In this document: positions 22,828 through 34,012 of the stretch, piece by piece
How the letters are laid out: the number at the start of each line of letters is the position of its first letter
How positions within the stretch are numbered: the first letter of the stretch is position 1
Source of the DNA: Takakia lepidozioides
Lineage: Eukaryota; Plantae; Bryophyta
Length of the DNA stretch: 64,000 nt
NCBI GenBank assembly: GCA_030704615.1
Contig: CM060732.1
Coordinates: 76,942,001-77,006,000, forward strand
Direction: 5' to 3'
Made by a program: the position numbers and the translations under genes
Notes under the pieces: generated by a model
What the model was told of the DNA's origin: nothing
Database searches by the model: none
What the model saw: only the letters and a program-made list of their open reading frames with translations

Positions 22828-25800
22828 ATGTGCTATCCTAGTGGACAGTCCAAAGTGGAAAATCCATGGAAGGAAATTAAATCTAAAATCCAGTCAGAGC
22901 AGATACAGCCAATCATAAGCCAGAAGCAGGATCGAGAAATTGGAGGGATTTTAAGCGCAAGAGTCGGCGTCGTTCCAAGTAACGGGCGTCTCGACGGGAC
23001 AGACCATCAATGCTATAGCTTTGAAGCTATGGAGGAACTAACAGACTATACGCTCGCGATACTACTTACGCAGTGGCACGGGGATAGAAGAACAGAGAGT
23101 ATCTTTTCTCTTAATCGATGCTTGCAAGCCCCGCAGGCTTACAAGAAATTCCCCATAGCATTTTGTGGCAACCATACGTTTATGCTTTGTGCCCTACAGA
23201 CATTTCTTCAATTGTTACAGCCAAAACCTTTCTGTGGGTCTAGAATGAAGAGAGTGAGAATGGAAGAAATTAGGGTGAAGAGCACCACAATCCTGCAGAA
23301 ACAAACGATTGTTACTCCACTGGCGGTACAATTACTGAAGGAGCTGCGATTAGAAGGATTGCAAAGCAAAGATTGGACATTGCACCATAGGCAGTATATG
23401 TTACAATTCTTGCAGAACTTTGAGCCTAGGACAGGAGCAACAACAGTGAAGGGAGTTGAATTAGAAATTACTCCCCTATACCTACATCAATTGTTTGAAT
23501 TGCCATCAGGTCAGGTGCATGTGGAGGAGCACAGGGCAAGACTGCAAATAGGGGACTTATTCCAAGAAGGGAGTTTCTTTAAAACTCAGGGTTATGCTTG
23601 TACCAAGGCCGTGTACACAGGGCTAAGGGAGGTAGGCCAGGTATTGAACGTTCAGTTTGCCATGAAACAGAACCAACAGTATTTGAGCAGATCCTTCACA
23701 GAGGAAATACTCAAAGCCCTGAGAGGAGAAGAAGTAGCATGGGCGGACATAATGTACAATGGACTGGTAGAGGAGATGAAGAGATTACAAGGCACTGCCG
23801 CAAAGTCTCCTATCATAGTGTCTAGGCCAATCATTGCTCAAATAATTCTTGATTCTTGCATACTTGATGCTCGGGAAAGAAAGGAGATGAGAGTGTTTGA
23901 GGCCGAAACCACTGCAATGGAAGAGCAAGGCTCTTCACACAGTGAGGGTGGACTGGCAGGGCAACCCCAGTCTAAGAGACAGAGGCGGGGAAAAATTGTA
24001 CTGGCGGATCCACTGGCTTCACGGAAACCGCATGATAATGTTTCCCAAGCTCTTGTGCAGGAAGGGGCACATCAGCACAGAGAGCTGCTATTATTGGGAG
24101 CAGGGCCTTCAGAGAGGGAAGAGGAAGTTACTTCAGTATCACAGCCATCACAGCCAGATGATTGGCTTTTCACAGAGTTACCACAAGTTGTCCATGCAGT
24201 TCCACCACAAATAATTGATTTGGAGAAAGAAGGGTTAGATATCCCCACTACAGAACAGGTGGTGGCAGAAATTGAGAAGGGGGACCTTCTCTATGAAAAT
24301 TCTGGCTTGGTCAAGGAAACAATGATTCCAGAGATGCAGCGGTTGTCCAGGGGAAACCCTGCTGTGCATATAATACCCACACCTGTGACGGAGGTACCAC
24401 AGGTAGAATGTCAAGACACTACAGCACCTGTGACGGATGAGGTGGTTCAGGAAGAAAATCTGGTGGGGCAATGGCCTGAATGGTTTGTGAGGCATCACAC
24501 GTTGAGGATCAGGGAGAACAACAACAAGCTCACCATGATGACCCTCAACAGGCCATGCTTATGAGTTCCATAAGCAGGACACTTAATTTGTTGGGCACTT
24601 ATGCCAAATCCCATGTTCCAACTACCCAATTGGCAGCTTTGAGGGAGGAACTCAGGAAGGAGTTTGAGGCTCGACTTGCCACTGAGTATGCAAACAAGGT
24701 CGATGAGGAGGTCACTCTCAAGATACAACAAGACTTAGAGAGTACAAAAGCTGCTTTGCAATTGGCCAAGGAACAATTGATTGAGGCAGGCCTCGCGCAA
24801 GACCAGTTGCACGAAGCACACAAGCAACAGCTATACCAAATGCAGGTGAAACATGAGAGCAAGTTGCAAGAAGTGAATGCACTACATACGGAGTTGTAGA
24901 CAGTGCATGACAGGATGGCCATACATTGTGCTACACTCACAACTACGTTTGAGCAAGCTACAATAGAAATTAACAGTCAAGCGGAAAGATGTACGAAGGC
25001 AAAGGCAGAGAATGTCGAGCAAGCAAAACTCATTGTCGATATGAAGAATACAATCTGTCGCAATGAGAATATTTTCAAGCAATACAGGCAGGTTGAAGCT
25101 GACCAAGAGAGGTACATCCTGGAGTTGCAACAAACGCTCATGGTAAATAGAAATGAACTCTCTGTGGCTAACAAGGCTTGGAAGGAAGCCAATAATCTGG
25201 CTGCTGCCTATGCGAGTTTGGTTGAACCTCATGCCAAGCGCATGGAGGCTTTACAGCAGCAGATAGATGTGTACAGGCTCACAGAGGAGCAGACTCTCAG
25301 GGGTGCCACAAGCAACTTGGTGGATAACCACCTTATGCAGATCTGGTTAGCACAAGGGCCGGTGGAAGGCAAAGCACCACGAAAGCTCGCCCAAACCGAG
25401 ATGAATGGGCTCAGATTGTAAGTGCAGAACATTGCCACAACTACTATAGACAATGTCTATAGTAGGATAGCGGAGCTACAAGAGGATGTAGACGGCTTGC
25501 AGACTCAGGTGGAGGACCTCACTTCAAATATCGACAAGAGAGTCTTTGTACCTGAGGAGCAGCTGGTGGCTTCTTATTTACATGCCTAAACTTTGGTTTT
25601 TCAGTCTTCTTCGCAGGGGGTGCAGGAGATGCCAGTGGTACAAGAGCCAGTGCCACCAAGACCACAACAAGTCACTGTGACAGTAGCTGACCCTGTTGTT
25701 ATTACAGCCGCACCACAGCCACCACAGCCTGAGGTATGGGGGGATGCTGCTTTTAACCCACCTAAAACTCATGCTGCACGGGAGTAGAGTCGGGCTATGA

Positions 25801-26188
25801 TTATGCCCTTCAACCAAATTCCCATTGTGTTGGATTTGGCTTGGAAGGAATTTAGTCCTCCACAGTCGTTGGCACATTACTACCAGATCATGCGCATTTG
25901 GCTGCCAGTAGCAACAAGGTTCTTCCAAACAATCGACCCATTGAGGATCATCACTTTGCGAGGTACTGGCATGAGGCAAGTACCATGTTGAAGGAATTAA
26001 TTGCCTTCCAAGTTGTACATGGGTACATTTATACCAAGACCAAGGAGGTAGCAAGTATTGTCATGGGCTGCGGGTTATACTATGCTGCTTGTTTTCTGGC
26101 ACGTTATCACATTGAGCAGCAGAAGCTGCAATCGCGATTTCTGAGTTATTCCAGTGGGGATCATTGGGTCTTACCTGCAGTGCCACCT
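22828..26188 (+). pseudogene. Family-X 3' extra ORF (accessory domain, coiled coil, unknown globular C-terminal domain), truncated at 26188
   Basis: ORFs 22828-24564, 24480-24899, 24903-25421 and 25593-26266 join into one long frame homologous to 61885-63991. Confidence 0.75.
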
Positions 26189-27151
26189 TGTCGAGCGGCT
26201 TTTACTCACCCATCCCTTCGCTATCCGAGGTGGGAACTCCAAGATAGAAGAGTTGGAAATCTCTAAGCACTCAGCCCGCTCAAAACAATCCGTCATGACC
26301 TACAGCTAGTGTATCATGGGGTGTTTCCTATTTGTATTCCTTCCCGTATTCATGTTAGCTAGTTACCTTACTGTTGGTATTTAAGTATCAGATTGCTTCA
26401 GCAATCTATCGGATTCCATCAACTCATCCATTCATTCCACAGCTTCACTCAGATCTCTCTACACAGGGGAGTATGAAGTATGTATCAGATTAATATCTAT
26501 CAAGTATCAGGCTGAAGCCATGGACTCTCTAATCTGCTCTACATTACAACTCTACTGCTTGCATTCATCAAGCATCAACAGATCGTTTTCCTCCTACTCC
26601 GCGCTCTCCCTCTTTTCTACTCAGAGATGCGCTCTCCGCTTCATTTCCCCCTAGTGATGCCAAAAGTCCTCCAAGAAGTTATCCTCAAGAAGTGATCCCC
26701 CAAGATGTCCCCGCTTCTCGCTTTATCTATTTACAAGCCATTCTAACCGCTTTCCTAACTAACCGCTATCTCTGTAGTACACGTTCCTTTTTCAGATGTC
26801 GTTCCCCTACAGTCGTTCCCTGCCAATGGTAACTGTTCCCCAGCTGTGCCGAGCTGTGACTGGCTGTATCAGGCTGTGGCGGGCTGTGATTGGCTGTGTC
26901 GGACTGTGTAGGGCTGTGCGAAGCTGTGGCGGCTGTGTCGGGCTGTGACGGGCTGTGTTGAACTGTGACTGGCTGTGTTGGACTGTGACGGGCTGTGATG
27001 AACTGTGATGGACTGTGTTGGGCTGTGTATCTCCCCCCCTAAAGCCTGTTGCTGTCACCCCTAAGGCTCCTGTTGGTCTCAGTCTGTGTAAAAATTAAGG
27101 GTACCCCAAAGATCCCGTAAAAGCATCTAAGTCCCAAGCAGTCCTCTAACA
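26189..27151 (-). repeat. Full family-X LTR in inverted orientation, with PPT at 27152-27166
   Basis: Minus strand TGTTAGAGGACTGCTTGGG...GCCGCTCGACA; adjoins CACCT (reverse complement of the TSD) at 26184-26188. Confidence 0.9.
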
Positions 27152-27189
27152 TTACCCCTTCCCCTCTTAAAAAGCCGTGTCCTCACGGT

Positions 27190-27922
27190 TTACTGTTTGG
27201 GATTTGGAAACCTTTGTGAGCGAGCACCCTTCTGACGGTTAGAGTCTCGTGAAGGACTCCTTGTATGAGCTCGAGTCCTGTCACTGGTTGATGGAGATGA
27301 TTGAACACTACCTGGAAATGTCAGTCCTTCCTTTGGCTGATATCGAGGTAATCTTTCAGGCATAGGAGACCCCCGTCGCTTCTTCTCTGCCATCTGAATT
27401 GCATAGTCCTCTTCCATGTCAAAAGAGTTTGTTGAAGAATCAGTAGTATTAGAATCCTCATCGCCTCTCGAGTGTTTTAACGGCCGAACTTTTTGTGGAA
27501 TCATCTGGGGCATACAATGTGGTCCCACCATGTCTGGAAGTTTAAACTGTAAAACTTGTTGTAAGCGTTGAATTGCAAAATTGGTGAAGACCCTGAACTC
27601 CTTGTCTGTCCAGGTGAGTGGTGTACCAATGACTTGTGAATTGTGCAAGTTTTTCCATGCCTCATGGCCCTTAAAGAAAATATCGTCAGGCCCGAATTTC
27701 TGTGTTGATAAATTGTTCCAGGCCACATGAAACCATGAACGAAGTTGGGAGTCCTTTTGCATCATCACCTTTGCATCATAGAGGTACATATGAGGTGACA
27801 CTGAAGGTAAGACCCAATGATCCCCACTGGAATAACTCAGAAAGCGCGATTGCATCTTCTGCTACTCAATGTGATAACGTGCCAGAAAACAAGCAGCTTA
27901 GTATAACCCGCAGCCCATGACA
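27190..27922 (-). pseudogene. Uninterrupted 3' end of family-X extra ORF (inverted segment)
   Basis: 221-aa ORF reading through the insertion site (WVLPSVSPHMYLY). Confidence 0.85.
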
Positions 27923-27945
27923 CTTGATACTCACTGATTCCTCCA

Positions 27946-28266
27946 TGATACTTGATAGATATTAATCTGATACGTACTTCATACTCCCCTGTGTAGAGAG
28001 ATCTGAGTGAAGCTGTGGAATGAATGGATGAGTTGATGGAATCCGATAGATTGCTGAAGCAATCTGATACTTAAATACCAACAGTAAGGTAACTAGCTAA
28101 CATGAATACGGGAAAGAATACAAATAGGAAACACCCCATGATACACTAGCTGTAGGTCATGACGGATTGTTCTGAGCGGGCTGAGTGCTTAGAGATTTCC
28201 AACTCTTCTATCTTGGAGTTCCCACCTCGGATAGCAAAGGGATGGGTGAGTAAAAGCCGCTCGACA
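27946..28266 (+). repeat. 3' portion of family-X LTR
   Basis: Matches the LTR end and shares diagnostic variants with the 26189-27151 copy. Followed by TSD AGGTG. Confidence 0.9.
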
Positions 28267-31200
28267 AGGTGGCACTGCAGGTAAGACCCAATGATCCCCA
28301 CTGGAATAACTCAGAAATCGCGATTGCAGCTTCTGCTGCTCAATGTGATAACGTGCCAGAAAACAAGCAGCATAGTATACCCGCAGCCCATGACAATACT
28401 TGCTACCTCCTTGGTCTTGGTATAAATGTACCCATGTACAACTTGGAAGGCAATTAATTCCTTCAACATGATACTTGCCTCATGCCAGTACCTCGCAAAG
28501 TGATGATCCTCAATGGGTCGATTGTTTGGAAGAACCTTAGTCCTAGTTGCTACTGGCAGCCAAATGCGCATGATCTGGTAGTAATGTGCCAACGACTGTG
28601 GAGGACTAAATTCCTTCCAAGCCAAATCCAACACAATGGGAATTTGGTTGAAGGGCATAATCATAGCCCGACTGTACTCCCGTGCAGCATGAGTTTTAGG
28701 TGGGTTAAAAGCAGCATCCCCCCATACCTCAGGCTGTGGTGGCTGTGGTGCGGCTGTAGTAACAACAGGGTCAGCTACTGTCACAGTGACTTGTTGTGGT
28801 CTTGGTGGCACTGGCTCTTGTACCACTGGCATCTCCTGCACCCCCTGCGAAGAAGACTGAAAAACCAAAGTTCAGGCATGTAAATAAGAAGCCACCAGCT
28901 GCTCCTCAGGTACAAAGACTCTCCTCTTGTATCTCCGCTATCCTACTATAGACATTGTCTATAGTAGTTGTGGCAATGTTCTGCACTTACAATCTGAGCT
29001 CATTCATCTCGGTTTGGGTGAGCTTTCGTGGTGCTTTGCCTTCCACCGGCCATTGTGCTAACCAGACCTGCATAAGGTGGTTATCCACCAAGTTGCTTGT
29101 GGCACCCCTGAGAGTCTGCTCCTCTGTGAGCCTGTACACATCTATCTGCTGCTGTAAAGCCTCCATGCGCTTGGCATGAGGTTCAACCAAACTCGCATAG
29201 GCAGCAGCCAGATTATTGGCTTCCTTCCGAGCCTTGTTAGCCACAGAGAGTTCATTTCTATTTACCATGAGCGTTTGTTGCAACTCCAGGATGTACCTCT
29301 CTTGGTCAGCTTCAACCTCCCTGTATTGCTTGAAAATATTCTCATTGCGACAGATTGTATTCTTCATATCGACAATGAGTTTTGCTTGCTCGACATTCTC
29401 TGCCTTTGCCTTCGTACATCTTTCCGCTTGACTGTTAATTTCTATTGTAGCTTGCTCAAACGTAGTTGTGAGTGTAGCACAATGTATGGCCATCCTGTCA
29501 TGCACTGTCTACAACTCCGTATGTAGTGCATTCACTTCTTGCAACTTGCTCTCATGTTTCACCTGCATTTGGTATAGCTGTTGCTTGTGTGCTTCGTGCA
29601 ACTGGTCTTGCGCGAGGCCTGCCTCAATCAATTGTTCCTTGGCCAATTGCAAAGCAACTTTTGTACTCTCTAAGTCTTGCTGTATCTTGAGAGTGATCTC
29701 CTCATCGACCTTGTTTGCACACTCAGTGGCAAGTCGAGCCTCAAACTCCTTCCTGAGTTCCTCCCTCAAAGCTGCCAATTGGGTAGTTGGAACATGGGAT
29801 TTGACATAAGTGCCCAACAAATTAAGTGTCCTGCTTATGGAACTCATAAGCATGGCCTGTTGAGGGTCATCATGGTGAGCTTGTTGCTGTTCTCCCTGAT
29901 CCTCAACGTGTGATGCCTCACGAACCATTCAGGCCATTGCCCCACCAGATTTTCTTCCTGAACCACCTCATCCGTCACAGGTGCTACAGTGTCTTGACAT
30001 TCTACCTGTGGTACCTCCGTCACAGGTGTGGGTATTATATGCACAGCAGGGTTTCCCTTGGACAACCGCTGCATCTCTGGAATCATTGTTTCCTTGACCA
30101 AGCCAGAATTTTCATAGAGAAGGTCCCCCTTCTCAATTTTTGCCACCACCTGTTCTGTAGTGGGGATATCTAACCCTTCTTTCTCCAAATCAATTATTTG
30201 TGGTGGAACTGCATGGACAACTTGTGGTAACTCTGTGAAAAGCCAATCATCTGGCTGTGATGGCTGTGATACTGAAGTAATCTCCTGTTCTCTCTCAACA
30301 GGTTGCGTTGTTTGTACCCACATCTCTCTGTGCTGTTGTGCCCCCTCTTGCACAAGAGTTTGAGTAACTTCTTCCTCTGGCTGTCTCCTAGCCAATGGTT
30401 CTGCTTCTAATGTGATTGGTTTCCTCTACCTCTTAGGCTGTTGATGCTCTGCCAATCCCCCTTCACCATGTGAAGAACCTTGCTCTTCTATGGCAATGGT
30501 TGCTGTCTCAAACACTCCCATCTCCTTCCTTTCTCTCGCATCAAGTATGCACGAGTCTAGAATAATTTGTGCAATGATTGGCCCAGACACTATGATAGGA
30601 GACTTTGTGGCAATGCCTTGTAATCTCTTCATCTCCTCTACCAGTCCGTTGTACATTATGTCCGCCCAAGCTACCTCTTCTCCTCTCAGGGCTTTGAGTA
30701 TTTCCTCTGTGAAGGATCTGCTCAAATATTGTTGGTTCTATTTCATGGCAAACAGAACGTTCAATACCTGGCCTACCTCCCTTAGCCCTGGGTACACGGC
30801 CTTGGTACAAGCATAACCCTGAGTTTTAAAGAAACTCCCTTCTTGGAATAAGTCCCCTATTTGCAGTCTTGCCCTGTGCTCCTCCACATGCACCTGACCT
30901 GATGGCAATTAGGTATAGGGGAGTAATTTCTAATTCAACTCCCTTCACCGTTGTTGCTCATGTCCTAGGCTCAAAGTTCTGCAAGAATTGTAACATGTAC
31001 TGCCTATGGTGCAATGTCCAATCTTTGCTTTGCAATCCTTCTAATCGCAGCTCCTTCAGTAATTGCACCGCCTGTGGAGTAGCAATCGTTTGTTTCTGCA
31101 GGATTGTGGTGCTCTTCACCCTGATTTATTCCATTCCTCTCACTCTCTTCATTCTAGACCCACCGAAAGGTTTTGGCTGTAACAATTGAAGAAATGCCTG

Positions 31201-31580
31201 CAGGGCACAAAGCATAAACGTATGGTTGCCACAAAATGCTATGGGTAATTTCTTGTAAGCCTGCGGGGCTTGCAAGCATCGATTAAGAGAAAAGATACTC
31301 TCTGTTCTTCTATCCCCGTGCCACTGCGTAAGTAGTATCGCGAGCGTATAGTCTGTTAGTTCCTCCATAGCTTCAAAGCTGTAGCATTGATGGTCTGTCC
31401 CGTCGAGACGCCCGTTACTGGAACGACGCCGACTCTTGCGCTTAAAATCCCTCCAATTTCTTGATCCTGCTTCTGGCTTATGATTGGCTGTAACTGTTGT
31501 GACTGGATTTTAGATTTAATTTCCTTCCATGGATTTTCCACTCTGGACTGTCCACTAGGATAGCACATGTGACATGGATT
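28267..31580 (-). pseudogene. Family-X 3' extra ORF of the minus copy
   Basis: Reverse-complement homolog of 22828-26188. Confidence 0.8.
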
Positions 31581-32099
31581 TTGCTTTTCGGTACTTTTAA
31601 AGGGTTCCGTTACCCTTTCCCTGTATGCATTAATGGGCCCATAATAAGTTAATGTGCCGGGTAGGTAATTTGACGGCCAATTTTGTCTTCTTCCTTGATG
31701 ACACTTGGCTTTGCACTCCACGTCCGGCTGTTGTATCTGGCCCTAGCGTCCACATGTCTATTTTTAAACGCGCCTCCGTCCACTTTTCCGCCGGCCACTC
31801 TCCGGATGTTAACCCACGTCCACCTGTCACTGATCCTATGGATTGTGTAACCCTAGTAAGCTGTGTTGAGCTGTAACATGCTGTGTCATACTGTGGTACG
31901 CTGTGATAGGCTGTGTCGCACTGTGGTAAGCTGTGATAGGCTGTGGTAGGTTGTGATAGGCTGTGTGACCCTGTGTTGAGCTGTGATAGGCTGTGTGACC
32001 CTGTGTTGGGCTGTGATAGGTTGTGTCGCGCCGTGATGGGCTGTGATAGGCTGTGTCGCGCCGTGGTGGGCTGTGATAGGCTGTGTCGCGCCTGTACTG

Positions 32100-33012
32100 C
32101 CCGCCCTGGTCATATACGCTCGGCCTAGCGACAAGTGCTCCATACTCTGTTGGTATCACTGGCGCAGCCCGTGACTGCTTCTGCGTTTCAACATGCAAAT
32201 CATGCTGCAATGGTTTGTCATGGATACCACTGTACCCCTTCAACTTATTGGCATTGACTCTTCCCAGCATCTCTTTGTTAATGGTTTGTAACATGGCGGT
32301 GTTGTTATCATACATCTTCTGTATGACATAAGGTCCTTTCCATGGTGATTTAAGCTTAGAAGCTTTAATCTTTCCCTTCTTCTGCAACCAGAGAACCAAA
32401 TCTCCCGTCTTAAAAGTCTTTAACTTGCCTTCATCAAACTGTTCCTTTCTCTTCATCTGAATTCTGGTCATGTTATCAGCTGCATCAGCACGTACTTCTT
32501 CCACATGGTATAATTCATGTTTCCTGACCTTAATTGAATCTTGCAATTCCATTATCTTTCCCCATTCCGTTCTCATGGTAGGTAACAGGAATTCCACTTG
32601 AAGTAAAGCTTCCATACCATAAACTAATTGGAATGGTGTATACTTAATGGTGACTTTATATGAAGTCCTGTATGACCACAAAGCTGTCAGCAGCTTTGTA
32701 TCCCAATCCGTTCTGTTTGCATTGACTATCTTAGCCAAGATAGTACATAGTATTTTGTTGGTAGCCTCTGCCTGCCCATTACCCTGTGGGTAATATGTTG
32801 TACTCTTCCTATGCACAATCATGAACTCTTTAGTCAATAGTTCAATGGTCTCATTAATGAAGTGACTTCCCTAATCACTGATAATTTCCAAGGGACAGCC
32901 AAATCGTGTAAATATGTTCTCATACAGGAACCTTGCTGTGGATTTGGCTGTGTTGTCCCTCAAAGCTTTAGCTTCCACCCACTTCGTAGTATAATCAGTG
33001 GCTGTGGTTATG
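32100..33012 (-). pseudogene. Integrase C-terminal half of minus-strand X element
   Basis: [15 protein letters not shown]...PQGNGQAE...WKGPY; continues the reading frame broken at 48012. Confidence 0.92.
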
Positions 33013-33180
33013 CAGGGATGCCTCGACGTGAGCCTGGTCACGTGAGCGCGTGAGCGCAACTGCGCTCACGCCACGTCACCTTGCGCAAATGCCACGTCAC
33101 GGGGCTCACTCCACGTCATCACACGTGAAGGCCGCGTCACCACGCGCCGAGAAAGACGTGGAGTGTATTCCCGCGGATTG
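33013..33180 (+). repeat. Left imperfect TIR/subterminal motifs
   Basis: CAGGGATGCCTCGACGTGAGCCTGGTCACGTGAGCGCGTGAGCG aligns imperfectly with the reverse complement of the right end (CAACGACGCAATGGCGTGAGCGGTGCGCGTGAGCGCGCGAGCG). CCACGTCA is repeated. Confidence 0.65.
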
Positions 33181-34012
33181 GCACCATTTACCGCGGAAAC
33201 AAGCTGGACGACATAATAAAAGGCATTGAATAAAGGATGGATGAATGTACAGTTGGATGAGTGTGAAAAATGAATGTAGATGGATGAATGAGGGATGGAT
33301 AAGAGAAAAATGGATGAATGTATAATGGATGTTGAGCAATGACAAAAATTCATGACAGGAAGATGCATGACCAAAACTTTTGAGGAATGCACAACGTATA
33401 TGAAATGAGTGTGAAAGGTTTGTGGGGTCAGAGGATGAATGTACAATGGATGTTGAACAAAGGAAAAAATTCACGAATGGAGCACGCATGAATACACTGT
33501 AGATGAATGCACAATGGATATGAGAAGAGTCAGGGAGGTTTGTGAGATGGATTCATACATATTGCAATTTAAATGAAAGTTGATTCTGTGATTATTATTT
33601 GTTCTAAAGGAACAACTACGGTGGAGGAAGGGGATTCAACGTTTTCCAGATAGTATGAAAATGAATATTAAAAGAATACAGTTCAGTCTGACTCAGAGTC
33701 AGTACAATGTATCCCCGCTTCCTCTGCATCTAAGTCTATGTATTTTACAACACCGGATCCACGCTAGATACACCTACGGCTGGCCACTAAAAAGTCAGGG
33801 GATAGGGACTCGGCCGCGTGAAGTGCCATTGCTTTGGCATAAACAAGAAGCAGAAAATTGGAAAGGGGGCTGTCGAAAACAGACTCGCCAGAAATGACTG
33901 TATCTCCTGAAGATCCACCGCTGCCTTTCCTGAAAGACAGCCTGAAAAAGTTATTACTGTAACTTTGATGTTATTGAGAAATTGAGTATGGCTCCCAAAG
34001 AGGGTTTATCAC

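Larger units (their letters stand above)
14580..28266 (+). mobile_element. Second family-X Gypsy element inserted in opposite orientation into the first; 3' end rearranged
   Basis: Begins TGTTAGAGG (14580) and ends GCTCGACA (28266). The 5-bp TSD AGGTG is at 14575-14579 and 28267-28271, and the host ORF reads through when the insert is removed. Confidence 0.85.

Noticed and set aside
22013-22918. (YHSPSRRDTA)n as an RNA polymerase CTD-like or SR protein domain
   Set aside because: It derives from a 30-bp DNA minisatellite also present in LTRs, and the downstream frame differs between the two copies. A protein role is unsupported though not excluded.
33004-33005. Alternative reading of the insertion as having a 2-bp GT TSD
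   Set aside because: Possible, but the 9-bp reading (7/9 match) puts the inverted termini in register and fits the MULE-type transposase.
33230-33560. His/Ile-rich ORFs 33066-33489
   Set aside because: They arise from a degenerate GGATGAATG-rich subterminal repeat and are not credible proteins.
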